From assembly GCA_050250895.1 (NCBI GenBank), contig JBFWNU010000002.1, positions 631,659 to 695,658 of the forward strand: a stretch of 64,000 bases of DNA. Reading direction: 5' to 3'. Positions 54,920 to 64,000 of the stretch are shown here, one piece after another. A program made the position numbers and the translations under genes. The DNA comes from Vulcanimicrobiota bacterium. Its GTDB lineage: Bacteria > Vulcanimicrobiota > Xenobia > Xenobiales > JADMJV01. Each line of letters opens with the position of its first letter. The first letter of the stretch is position 1. Under the pieces are notes generated by a model, which was not told where the DNA came from, did no database searches, and was given only the letters and a program-made list of their open reading frames with translations.

Positions 54920-55662
54920 AGAGCTATTCTTACGCGGTCCTGGCCTGTTCGCTGGTGGCCCTGGCCTTGAGCGCGGTGCTGGTCCTGCAGTATCGCGAAC
55001 GCCAGCTTTTTCTCGACCAGATCGTTTCGGCGCGCAGCGAGCTCAAGCAAGAGCGCGAGCGGCGTGAAAAGCTCGAGCAAGAGCACCAGCGCCTGCAGCG
55101 TAAAGTCAACGACCTCGACCAGGAGTTGGCGACTCGGGAGACCGACGCCCGCGAAACCAGCCAGGAGGTGCGCCAGGCTCGGGCTCTGGCGGGTCTCGAA
55201 GACCTGGTGGGACCGGGGGTCGTGATTACACTCGAGGATAGCCCCCGCAAACCGCGCCCAGACGAGGATTATTATCCCTTTATCGTCCACGACGTGGACC
55301 TGCAGGCGCTGGTTACCGAGTTGTCGGCGGCCGGCGCCGAGGCGATTTCGATTAACGGCGAGCGGATCGTGGCCCGCTCGCCTATCCGTTGCGTCGGCCC
55401 CACCATCCTGGTCAACGAGACCCGGGTGGGAACGCCCTACGTGGTAAAGGCCATTGGAGGCAGCCAGGACCTGGAAGGCGGCCTGCGCATGCCGGCCGGC
55501 TTTCTCGACAGCATGGAGCCGCTCATGCGCCGGGGCGGCACCGTCGAGATTCTACCCGATCCGGCGGTGGAAGTTGCGGCCTATCGCGGAGCGCTGAAGT
55601 TTCGCAAAGCGGTGCCGAAGTTCACTATCGAGAAAAAGGCCGAGGCGGCTCGACAGCCTTAG
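54916..55662 (+). CDS. DUF881 family protein
   Basis: TM plus coiled coil, AGL..L.GPGVVITLED, VHD.DL, AGAEAISING.R, PY.VKAIG. Confidence 0.88.
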   Translation: MKSYSYAVLACSLVALALSAVLVLQYRERQLFLDQIVSARSELKQERERREKLEQEHQRLQRKVNDLDQELATRETDARETSQEVRQARALAGLEDLVGPGVVITLEDSPRKPRPDEDYYPFIVHDVDLQALVTELSAAGAEAISINGERIVARSPIRCVGPTILVNETRVGTPYVVKAIGGSQDLEGGLRMPAGFLDSMEPLMRRGGTVEILPDPAVEVAAYRGALKFRKAVPKFTIEKKAEAARQP

Positions 55663-56219
55663 GATTTGCGCGCCAGCAGCCGGGCGGCCAGTATGCCGCC
55701 GAGCAGGCCGAATAGATGGCCTTCCCAGGAGATGCCGTGCTGCCCGGGTAGGATACCAAACAGGCACGAACCGAAGAAATAGCCGACCCCCAGCGAGAGC
55801 AGCACGGTGGTGAACTTGCGCTCGTAGTAGCCGAGAGCCATCAGGTAGCCGAGGTAGCCAAAGACGACCCCGCTGGCCCCGATGTGAACGCCCGAGTGGC
55901 CGAACATCCAGGTGCCCAGACCGCCCAGCAGCCAGGCGATGGCGGTGACGCCGGCAAAGTCTTTACCACCACGCGCCAAGATCAACCAACCGAGGATCAA
56001 CAGCGGCACGCTGTTGGCCAACAGATGGGCAAAGTTGCCGTGCAGCAGCGGAGCCCAGAGAATGCCGTCTAATCCGTCCAGCGAGCGAGGCACGATACCG
56101 TGGCGGTCTAGATTGCCGCGTAGCACGACCTCGTCGACGATCTCGAGCGACCAGAGAGAAACAAGAAAGCCCCCCATGACGGCGAGCTGCAGTTTCAGTG
56201 TTTGGCTAAGATTCTTCAC
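55659..56219 (-). CDS. Rhomboid family intramembrane serine protease
   Basis: H...HL..N, GASG, H..G...G. Confidence 0.92.
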   Translation of the reverse strand: MKNLSQTLKLQLAVMGGFLVSLWSLEIVDEVVLRGNLDRHGIVPRSLDGLDGILWAPLLHGNFAHLLANSVPLLILGWLILARGGKDFAGVTAIAWLLGGLGTWMFGHSGVHIGASGVVFGYLGYLMALGYYERKFTTVLLSLGVGYFFGSCLFGILPGQHGISWEGHLFGLLGGILAARLLARKS

Positions 56220-56453
56220 TCGCGTATTCTACCATAGGCAAACCCGACGGTCTAGTAGTTGCCTGACGATGCAGGCAGGAGCCGCCGATAGCCGGCCACG
56301 AGTTCGCGCTGATGACCCGCCTCGTGGCCTCCACTGGCAGCCTATCCCAAGGCAGCGCCCGGTTAGGTGAGAGTTCTCACGGTGGGTTTAACGGCAGCTT
56401 AACGCAAAGGGTCGACAATGTTCAGGTAACCTAACACAGGAGCTTATTCCATA

Positions 56454-56909
56454 ATGATTCAAGATAGAGTCCCTCAATGGGCCAAACCCACCCTCGAAAC
56501 CTACCTCAAGACCAAGCAATTTCCCGGTCAAGAGGCCAGTCCGCTCGAGCCCAAAGACGCGGTCGAGATGGGCACCCAGATTAGTCTGACCATGATTGGC
56601 GTCATGTCTGCTGACAACGGCCAGCAAGACACCAACCCCAAAAAAGGGGTGATCGATTCCCACGACAATTTCTTCGGCGCCACCCACGCCGAATTCGAAG
56701 CCAAGAGTCAGACCGAGGTCGAGGGCTTTGCCACCCTGGCCGGCGGCGACGTCTGCATCTTCGCCCGCACCGGCGTCGAGTCGACCGACGTGATTCTGCT
56801 GGCCAAAGAGGGTTCGGCCGAACAGGGCGCCATTCATATCGACAATCAGAACCCCAACGGCAGCTTCATGACCTTCGAGCGCGAGCAGGTCAACGGCTTC
56901 CTTGGCTAA
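56454..56909 (+). CDS. Hypothetical protein
   Basis: AGGAG RBS and downstream terminator. Confidence 0.7.
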   Translation: MIQDRVPQWAKPTLETYLKTKQFPGQEASPLEPKDAVEMGTQISLTMIGVMSADNGQQDTNPKKGVIDSHDNFFGATHAEFEAKSQTEVEGFATLAGGDVCIFARTGVESTDVILLAKEGSAEQGAIHIDNQNPNGSFMTFEREQVNGFLG

Positions 56910-56924
56910 CTCCCAGCTTTGACG

Positions 56925-56953
56925 AGGCCCGGTCGACCAGACCGGGCCTTTTT
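56925..56953 (+). terminator. Intrinsic terminator
   Basis: AGGCCCGGTC-gacca-GACCGGGCCT followed by a T run, between convergent genes. Confidence 0.8.
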
Positions 56954-57935
56954 AGATCTCGTTGCCTGACGGATGTCCGGCGGCCATTGCCGTCAGATTG
57001 GCCAGGGTGGTGGCCGCGATGTTACCGAGGGCTTCCTGGGTGAAAAAGGCCTGGTGGCCCGTGACCACCACATTGGGAAAGGTCAGGAGCCTGGCGAAGA
57101 CATCATCCTGAATCACCTGGCTCGAGAAGTCCTCGAAGAAGAGTTCGTTCTCTTCTTCATAGACATCGATCCCCAGGCCACCCAGATGACCGGACTTGAG
57201 GTGATCAATGACCGCCACCGTGTCGACCAGGGCGCCGCGGCTGGTATTGATGAGCAGGGCCCCAGCCCGCATACGTGACAGAGCCTCAGCGTTGATCAGG
57301 TGGTGGGTCTCGGGAGTCAGCGGGCAATGCAGACTCACGATCTTGGCCCGCTCGAGCAGTTCGGGCAAAGGCACGTAGCGGGCCGGTAATTCGGCCACCG
57401 GATAGGGGTCATGGGCCAGCACCTTGCAACCGAAGCCGTTGAAGATCGAAACCATCACCTGGCCGATCTTGCCGGTGCCGACCACCCCGACGGTGCGGTC
57501 CTTGAGGTCGAAGCCCAGCAAGCCGTCGAGGCTGAAGTTCATCTCGCGAACCCGGTTGTAGGCCCGGTGCAGTTTGCGGTTCAGGGTCAGAATCAGGGCC
57601 ATGGCGTGTTCGGCCACGGCGTGGGGCGAGTAGGCAGGCACCCGGGCGGCCACCATGCCCAGGCGACGGGCTGCGTCTAGGTCGAGGTTGTTGAAGCCGG
57701 CGCACCGCATGGCGATCTTCTTGACCCCGAGGGCCGCCAGCTTTTCTAGCACGACCGAGTCCAGTTCATCGTTGACAAAACAGCACACCGCCTGGTGGCC
57801 TGCCGCCAGGCTGACGGTGCGCAGATTCAGGCGCGATTCGAAGAAGCTCAGCCGATGGCCATGCTCGCCGTTGGCCTCGGACATGAACTGCTGATCGTAG
57901 GGTTTGCTGCTAAAGACAGCGACGTCGATGCTCAC
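56952..57935 (-). CDS. ldhA: D-lactate / 2-hydroxyacid dehydrogenase
   Basis: FVND, RCAGFNN, RVPAYSP.AVAEH, GTGKIG, NTSRG, DVYEEE, TGHQAFFT. Confidence 0.9.
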   Translation of the reverse strand: MSIDVAVFSSKPYDQQFMSEANGEHGHRLSFFESRLNLRTVSLAAGHQAVCCFVNDELDSVVLEKLAALGVKKIAMRCAGFNNLDLDAARRLGMVAARVPAYSPHAVAEHAMALILTLNRKLHRAYNRVREMNFSLDGLLGFDLKDRTVGVVGTGKIGQVMVSIFNGFGCKVLAHDPYPVAELPARYVPLPELLERAKIVSLHCPLTPETHHLINAEALSRMRAGALLINTSRGALVDTVAVIDHLKSGHLGGLGIDVYEEENELFFEDFSSQVIQDDVFARLLTFPNVVVTGHQAFFTQEALGNIAATTLANLTAMAAGHPSGNEI

Positions 57936-59494
57936 CGATAAGTCTGGAACTTACCGGCCTGAAAATCCTCCCAGTACTTGTCGACTTTCTCTCGCAACAC
58001 CGGCAGCATGAGGGCCGCGCCGATGATGTTGGGAAAGGCGCAGCTGAGGATCATCAGGTCAGAGAAGTCGAGCACCGCCCCCAGGTGCACGGCCGCTCCC
58101 AGGACCACCGCGCACAGAAAGAGACCCTGGAAGATTCGGACGGTGGTGGACCCGAAGAGAAACTCCCAACCTTTCTCGCCGTAGTAATACCACGAGATCA
58201 TGGTCGAGTAGGAGAAGAGAAAGACGACCAGGGTCAGCACGTGGCCGAAGAAGGGAATCTTGGCGGCGAAGGCCTCGGAGGTCAGGGCCGCTCCCTTTTC
58301 GTTGTCGGCCTTCTCTTGCTCGGCTGCCTGCAGCGCCAGCTGGTTGGACTCGCTGGGGTCGGCCTGATAGGCCTGCTGGGCCGCTACCACGTTTCGTTGG
58401 GCGGTTCGATAGCGCTGCAGCATGCTGTTGTCGTCCATGGTGATCAAGAGCACGAGGGCCGTCATCGAGCAAACCATGATGGTATCGATGAAGGGGCCGA
58501 TCATGGCCACGATCCCTTCACGAATCGGTTCGTCGGTCTTGGCCGCCGAGTGGGCGATGGCGGCCGAGCCCACTCCCGCCTCATTGCTGAAAGCGGCCCG
58601 GCGGATACCGATGACCAACACACCCAGGACTCCGCCATGCAGCGACGTGAAGATCTGGTCGGGGTTGAAAGCCTCGTAGATGATGCTGGCGATGATGCCG
58701 GGTAGCAGAGTGATGTGGCTGCAGATGATAAAGAGCGAGGCGGTGATGTAGATGACCACCATCACCGGGACGACCTTCGAAGTGGCCGCGCCGATGCGCT
58801 CGATGCCCCCCATGATGACCAGACCCACCAGAATGGCCAGAAAGACACCGTATTGGAGGGCGTAGTCGGCCATGGCCGGATAGGTCGTGGCGATTAGTTC
58901 GAAAGACTGGTTGGCCTGGAACATATTGCCGCCCCCCAGCGAGCCCCCGATAATGAAGATGGCATACACCACCGCCAGCACCTGGCCCAAACCCGCCATA
59001 CCACGTTCGGCCAACCCGATCTTGAGGTAATACATCGGTCCGCCGCTCACCGAGCCGTCCTGGTTCTTCTGACGGTATAGCATGGCCAGACAAGCCGAAG
59101 TGAACTTGGCCGTCATGCCGAAGGTCGCAATCAGGATCATCCAGAACAGCGCGCCCGGACCTCCCTGGGCGATGGCCACGGCCACGCCGGCGATGTTGCC
59201 CAGCCCGATGGTGGCCGAGAGAGCCGAGGTCAGCGCTTGGAAATGGCTGATTTGTCCTTCGTCTTCGGGATTGTCATACAGACCACGAATGACGTCGATC
59301 GAGTGCTTGAATCCCCGAATGTTGATGAACCTGAAGTAGAGGGTGAATCCGATCGCCCCCAGCATGAGGGTGAGCACGATCAGCGGGAAAGGTCCGATCG
59401 GCAAGAACAGGACTTTGGCCATCAGATTCACGATGGGTTCGAAGATGGCGTTGAGTTGCTCCGTAATAGCGGCGGAGTTGGCCAAATAAAGCAT
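57932..59494 (-). CDS. Alanine/glycine:cation symporter (AgcS family)
   Basis: FQAL..ALSATIG.GNIAGVA, GGPMYY, FSNEAG.GS, PFIDT. Start placed after GAAGGAG. Confidence 0.92.
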   Translation of the reverse strand: MLYLANSAAITEQLNAIFEPIVNLMAKVLFLPIGPFPLIVLTLMLGAIGFTLYFRFINIRGFKHSIDVIRGLYDNPEDEGQISHFQALTSALSATIGLGNIAGVAVAIAQGGPGALFWMILIATFGMTAKFTSACLAMLYRQKNQDGSVSGGPMYYLKIGLAERGMAGLGQVLAVVYAIFIIGGSLGGGNMFQANQSFELIATTYPAMADYALQYGVFLAILVGLVIMGGIERIGAATSKVVPVMVVIYITASLFIICSHITLLPGIIASIIYEAFNPDQIFTSLHGGVLGVLVIGIRRAAFSNEAGVGSAAIAHSAAKTDEPIREGIVAMIGPFIDTIMVCSMTALVLLITMDDNSMLQRYRTAQRNVVAAQQAYQADPSESNQLALQAAEQEKADNEKGAALTSEAFAAKIPFFGHVLTLVVFLFSYSTMISWYYYGEKGWEFLFGSTTVRIFQGLFLCAVVLGAAVHLGAVLDFSDLMILSCAFPNIIGAALMLPVLREKVDKYWEDFQAGKFQTYR

Positions 59495-59593
59495 AAAGAG
59501 GCTGGCTCTCCTTCGGGGATCTGCCACCCTTCGCAGGTTGTCCGCCAAATCCTGGTCCAGGAGCCCGGCGATACCACCTAGAACCCCGCTCTT

Positions 59594-61120
59594 ATGGATC
59601 CCCAAACCGTAAAGTTGGCCGTGCTGGGTGTCTACATGGCCATCCTGATGGTCATTGGGGCGGTGGCTTCGCGCCGCATGAAAGACCTGGGTGATTATTT
59701 CGCCGGCGGCAAGAAGCTGGGTTTCTGGGCGGCCGCCTTCTCGTCGCGGGCCACCGGCGAGTCGTCCTGGCTGCTGCTCGGCTTGACGGGGATGGGCGCT
59801 GTGGTCGGCGTCAAGGCCTTCTGGGTGGTCCTGGGCGAGACCCTTGGCGTGGCGGTCGCCTGGTTGCTGATGGCCGGCCGCTTCAAACGATTGACCGACC
59901 TTTATGAGTCGGTGACCGTGCCCGACTATCTCGAATCGCGTTTCCGCGACACCAGCCACCGCCTGCGCCAGGTGGCGGCCGGTACGCTGGTCATCTTCGT
60001 GACGATTTATGTCAGTGCCCAGATCGACGCCACCGGCCAGGCTTTCAACGAGTTTCTGGGCTGGAACTACTTCGTGGGGGCGCTGGTGGGCTTCGGGGTG
60101 GTGATGGTCTATATCACCAGCGGGGGCTTTCTGGCTGTGGTCTGGAGCGATGTCTTCCAGGGCAGCTTGATGTTCCTGGGTCTGGTCGTGCTGCCCATCG
60201 TGGGCCTGGCCAGGATTGGCGGTTGGTCGGCCATGACGGCTGTTCTGGCCGCTCAGGATCCCAGCTTGCTGCATCCCATGGGTCAGGCCGGCTACAGTCT
60301 GGCGGCCGTGCCCGAACTGTTGGCCTTTGCCTTGATCGGGTTAGGCTTTCTCGGCTCGCCCCAGATCTTCGTGCGCTATCTGGCCCTCGACTCGCTCAAA
60401 GAGATCAAGCCGGGAGCGACGGTGGCCATCGTCTGGACGCTGCTGGCCGATGGTGGCGCGGTCCTTACCGGCATGGTCGGCCGGGCCCTCTATTGCCAGG
60501 GAGATCCCGAGGCTTTCTTTGGGACCGGAGCCAAGGGCGTGCTTCCGTATATGGTGGACCATCTTTTTCCCGTAGTGATTGTGGGCGTCTATGTGGCCGT
60601 CGTCTTGTCGGCCATCATGTCGACCATCGACTCGTTGTTGGTGGTGGCCGGCAGTGCCGCCGTGCGGGACTATTACCAGAAGGTGTTGCGGCCCGAGATG
60701 AAAGATGACGAACTGGTGGCCACCAGTCGCAACCTGACCGTGGCTCTGGCCGTGGTGGCCTTGATCCTGGCTGTGTCGGTGGCGATGGCCGTACCCGAGC
60801 GCACCATTTTCTGGTTCGTCATCTTCGGCTGGTCGGGCATCTCGGCGACCTTCTGCCCGGTGATGATCCTGTCGCTTTTCTGGCCTGGCATGACCGCTCG
60901 CGGGGCCATTGCGGGAATGATTACCGGCTTTCTTTGCGTTCCGATCTTCAAGTTCGTGGCTCCCAAATTGGCCATCGTCGGACCCTTTTTCGGCCAGTTG
61001 TCAGAGCTGCCGCCCGCCTTCTTTTTTGCAGGCTTGGCGGTGGTGCTGGTCAGCCTCGCCGATCATGAAGGACAGGCAAAAGTATCCGATATTGCCTCGG
61101 AACTATCCGGCGGGCGGTAG
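59594..61120 (+). CDS. putP: Sodium/proline symporter (SSS family)
   Basis: DYFAGG..LG, S.WLLLGL.G, GGF.AVVWSD..QG, G.PQI..RY, AIMST.DS.L. Confidence 0.85.
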   Translation: MDPQTVKLAVLGVYMAILMVIGAVASRRMKDLGDYFAGGKKLGFWAAAFSSRATGESSWLLLGLTGMGAVVGVKAFWVVLGETLGVAVAWLLMAGRFKRLTDLYESVTVPDYLESRFRDTSHRLRQVAAGTLVIFVTIYVSAQIDATGQAFNEFLGWNYFVGALVGFGVVMVYITSGGFLAVVWSDVFQGSLMFLGLVVLPIVGLARIGGWSAMTAVLAAQDPSLLHPMGQAGYSLAAVPELLAFALIGLGFLGSPQIFVRYLALDSLKEIKPGATVAIVWTLLADGGAVLTGMVGRALYCQGDPEAFFGTGAKGVLPYMVDHLFPVVIVGVYVAVVLSAIMSTIDSLLVVAGSAAVRDYYQKVLRPEMKDDELVATSRNLTVALAVVALILAVSVAMAVPERTIFWFVIFGWSGISATFCPVMILSLFWPGMTARGAIAGMITGFLCVPIFKFVAPKLAIVGPFFGQLSELPPAFFFAGLAVVLVSLADHEGQAKVSDIASELSGGR

Positions 61121-61141
61121 GTCTTGGCCGACCCGTCGCGA

Positions 61142-61225
61142 ATGTCTAGGGTTATGGGGTTTCTAGTAATGGTTGTGGTCGGCGTCGTAGTGACTTTCTC
61201 TCTCTTCGTCAACGCTAACCGCTAA
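61142..61225 (+). CDS. Putative 27-aa single-TM peptide
   Basis: MSRVMGFLVMVVVGVVVTFSLFVNANR*. Confidence 0.3.
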   Translation: MSRVMGFLVMVVVGVVVTFSLFVNANR

Positions 61226-61252
61226 GAAGCGCCTTGGGACATTGGGGGGTTC

Positions 61253-62395
61253 CTAGGGTGTACAACCGGTGACGAGTTCTAAGACCCGATTGCGGGCTGG
61301 CTCATCCACATCCGGATAGAGCGGCAGCCGCACCAGTCGGTCGACGACCGATTCGGTGATCGGGCAATCCCCCGCTTGATAGCCCCAGGTTCGCCCCATA
61401 TCCGACAGATGCAACGGCCGATAATGACTGGCCAGACCCACTTTCTGCTGGCGCGACGCTTCGAGCAACCGCCCGGCCGCGTCTGCCGTCGGCATCAAGA
61501 TGTAGAAGAGATGGTAGGCAGCCGGGTCGTGGGCTGGCAGAGGTGGCAGCGTGACCTGATTCTGGCCAGCCCAACCCGCAAGCTCGCGTCGATAGGCGTG
61601 CCACAGCTCGCCGCGGCGCTGTTGGATGGTCTGTCGAGCCTCGAGCTGAGAGTAGAGCAAGGCGCACAACAGATCGGAAATGACATAGCTCGAGCCGATG
61701 TCGCGCCAGGTGTATTTGTCCACCTCACCGCGCAGGAAGAGGCTGCGGTCGGTTCCTTTTTCGCGAATGATCTCGGCCCGCTCCACCAGGGCGGGGTCGT
61801 TGATCTGAAGCGCCCCACCCTCGCCACAGCTGAAGTTCTTGGTGGCGTGGAAGCTGAAGGTAGCCAGACGCCCGAACGAGCCGAGCGTCTTACCCCTGTA
61901 GTCGGTGAACATGGCGTGAGCCGCGTCTTCGACGATGGTGGCCCCGTAACGCTCGGCCTGCTCGACCAGTTCGTCCATGGCGCAGGGAGCGCCGCCGTAG
62001 TGAACCGGAAGCACGGCCCGGGTGCGGTCGGTGTAGGCCGCCGCTACCAGGGCCGGGTCGAGATTGAGGTCCTCTTCGCGGATATCGACGAAAACCGGCT
62101 TGGCACCGCGCAGCACGAAGGCGTTGATGGTCGACACGAAGGTGAACGAGGGCACGATGACCTCGTCGCCCGGCACGATGTCGAGCAGCATGGCCGCCAG
62201 CTCCAGAGCGTGGGTGCACGAGGTGGTCATCAAGACCCGCTCGGCTCCCAACTCTTTCTCCAGCAGCGCTTCGACCTTCTTGGTGAAGGGGCCGTTGCCC
62301 GACAGGTGACTGTCGGCCAGGGCCTCTTGAACCCGCTCCACCTCGGTAGAACTGTGGTAGGGGACGTGGAACGGCAGACTGCGGACGGTGTTCAT
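61253..62395 (-). CDS. wecE: dTDP-4-amino-4,6-dideoxygalactose transaminase (DegT family)
   Basis: SGNGPFT, TTSCTHALE, PSFTFVST, SFHATKN..CGEGG, EKGTDRS.F.RG.VDKYTW. Confidence 0.9.
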   Translation of the reverse strand: MNTVRSLPFHVPYHSSTEVERVQEALADSHLSGNGPFTKKVEALLEKELGAERVLMTTSCTHALELAAMLLDIVPGDEVIVPSFTFVSTINAFVLRGAKPVFVDIREEDLNLDPALVAAAYTDRTRAVLPVHYGGAPCAMDELVEQAERYGATIVEDAAHAMFTDYRGKTLGSFGRLATFSFHATKNFSCGEGGALQINDPALVERAEIIREKGTDRSLFLRGEVDKYTWRDIGSSYVISDLLCALLYSQLEARQTIQQRRGELWHAYRRELAGWAGQNQVTLPPLPAHDPAAYHLFYILMPTADAAGRLLEASRQQKVGLASHYRPLHLSDMGRTWGYQAGDCPITESVVDRLVRLPLYPDVDEPARNRVLELVTGCTP

Positions 62396-62405
62396 CACCT
62401 GGTGT

Positions 62406-63770
<1,365 letters not shown>

Positions 63771-63773
63771 CTA

Positions 63774-64000
63774 CTATTTGCAGCTATTCAACGCCTGGTC
63801 GAGGTCCGCTTTGATGTCGTCGATGTGCTCGATGCCGATGCACAAGCGAATCATGTCGGGGGTGACTTTGGCTAACTTGAGCTCTTCGTCGTTGAGTTGG
63901 CGATGGGTGGTCGAGGCCGGGTGGGCGGCCAGCGACTTGGCATCTCCGATGTTGACCAACCGTTTGAACAGCTTGAGGGCGTCATAAAACTTGCGGCCGG
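63774..64000 (-). CDS. metY: O-acetylhomoserine sulfhydrylase/cysteine synthase family, 3' end (truncated)
   Basis: [21 protein letters not shown]...[19 protein letters not shown]. Confidence 0.85.
   Translation of the reverse strand, partial: GRKFYDALKLFKRLVNIGDAKSLAAHPASTTHRQLNDEELKLAKVTPDMIRLCIGIEHIDDIKADLDQALNSCK

Noticed and set aside
56236-56331. c-di-GMP-I riboswitch (GGCAAACC) or hammerhead/fluoride motif (CTGATGA inside a GGCCACGAG/CTCGTGGCC stem)
   Set aside because: The other required elements (GAAA..GACGCAAAGC, or the hammerhead GAAA and third stem) were not found. A 9-bp stem is unremarkable at this GC content. An Infernal search would settle it.
59495-60274. 260-aa N-terminal extension of the AgcS ORF (57932-60274)
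   Set aside because: It is antisense to the putP-like gene. A good RBS and the family N-terminus support a start at 59494.

Overview
GC-rich bacterial chromosomal window with about 55 protein genes. Most are hydrolases, membrane and transport proteins or housekeeping enzymes (eno, wecE-like, ldhA-like, a partial metY-like gene). I found no rRNA, tRNA, true CRISPR array, transposase or integrase. Four things stand out. (1) A putative guanine/cyclic-nucleotide signalling or conflict locus at about 26-40 kb. It has an MBL-fold phosphodiesterase with two cNMP-binding domains, a Nudix hydrolase, a guanylate kinase, a xanthine-PRTase-like enzyme, a non-canonical GTP cyclohydrolase II, and two translationally coupled ~1300-aa paralogues built as tandem class III cyclase domains + degenerate SIR2-like domain + STAND NTPase + FGE-sulfatase domain, followed by a metallophosphoesterase. 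(2) Three copies of a composite palindromic element (invariant core with 22-bp and 73-bp arm repeats). They abut stop codons and bracket a four-helix-bundle gene and an M13 peptidase. (3) A 1.6-kb hierarchical palindrome array upstream of an XRE-HTH/DUF559-like nuclease gene, whose frame is broken exactly at a G-GGA-AAG -1 slippery site. (4) A candidate sRNA at about 14.57-14.64 kb. All calls come from manual motif reading; no searches were run.
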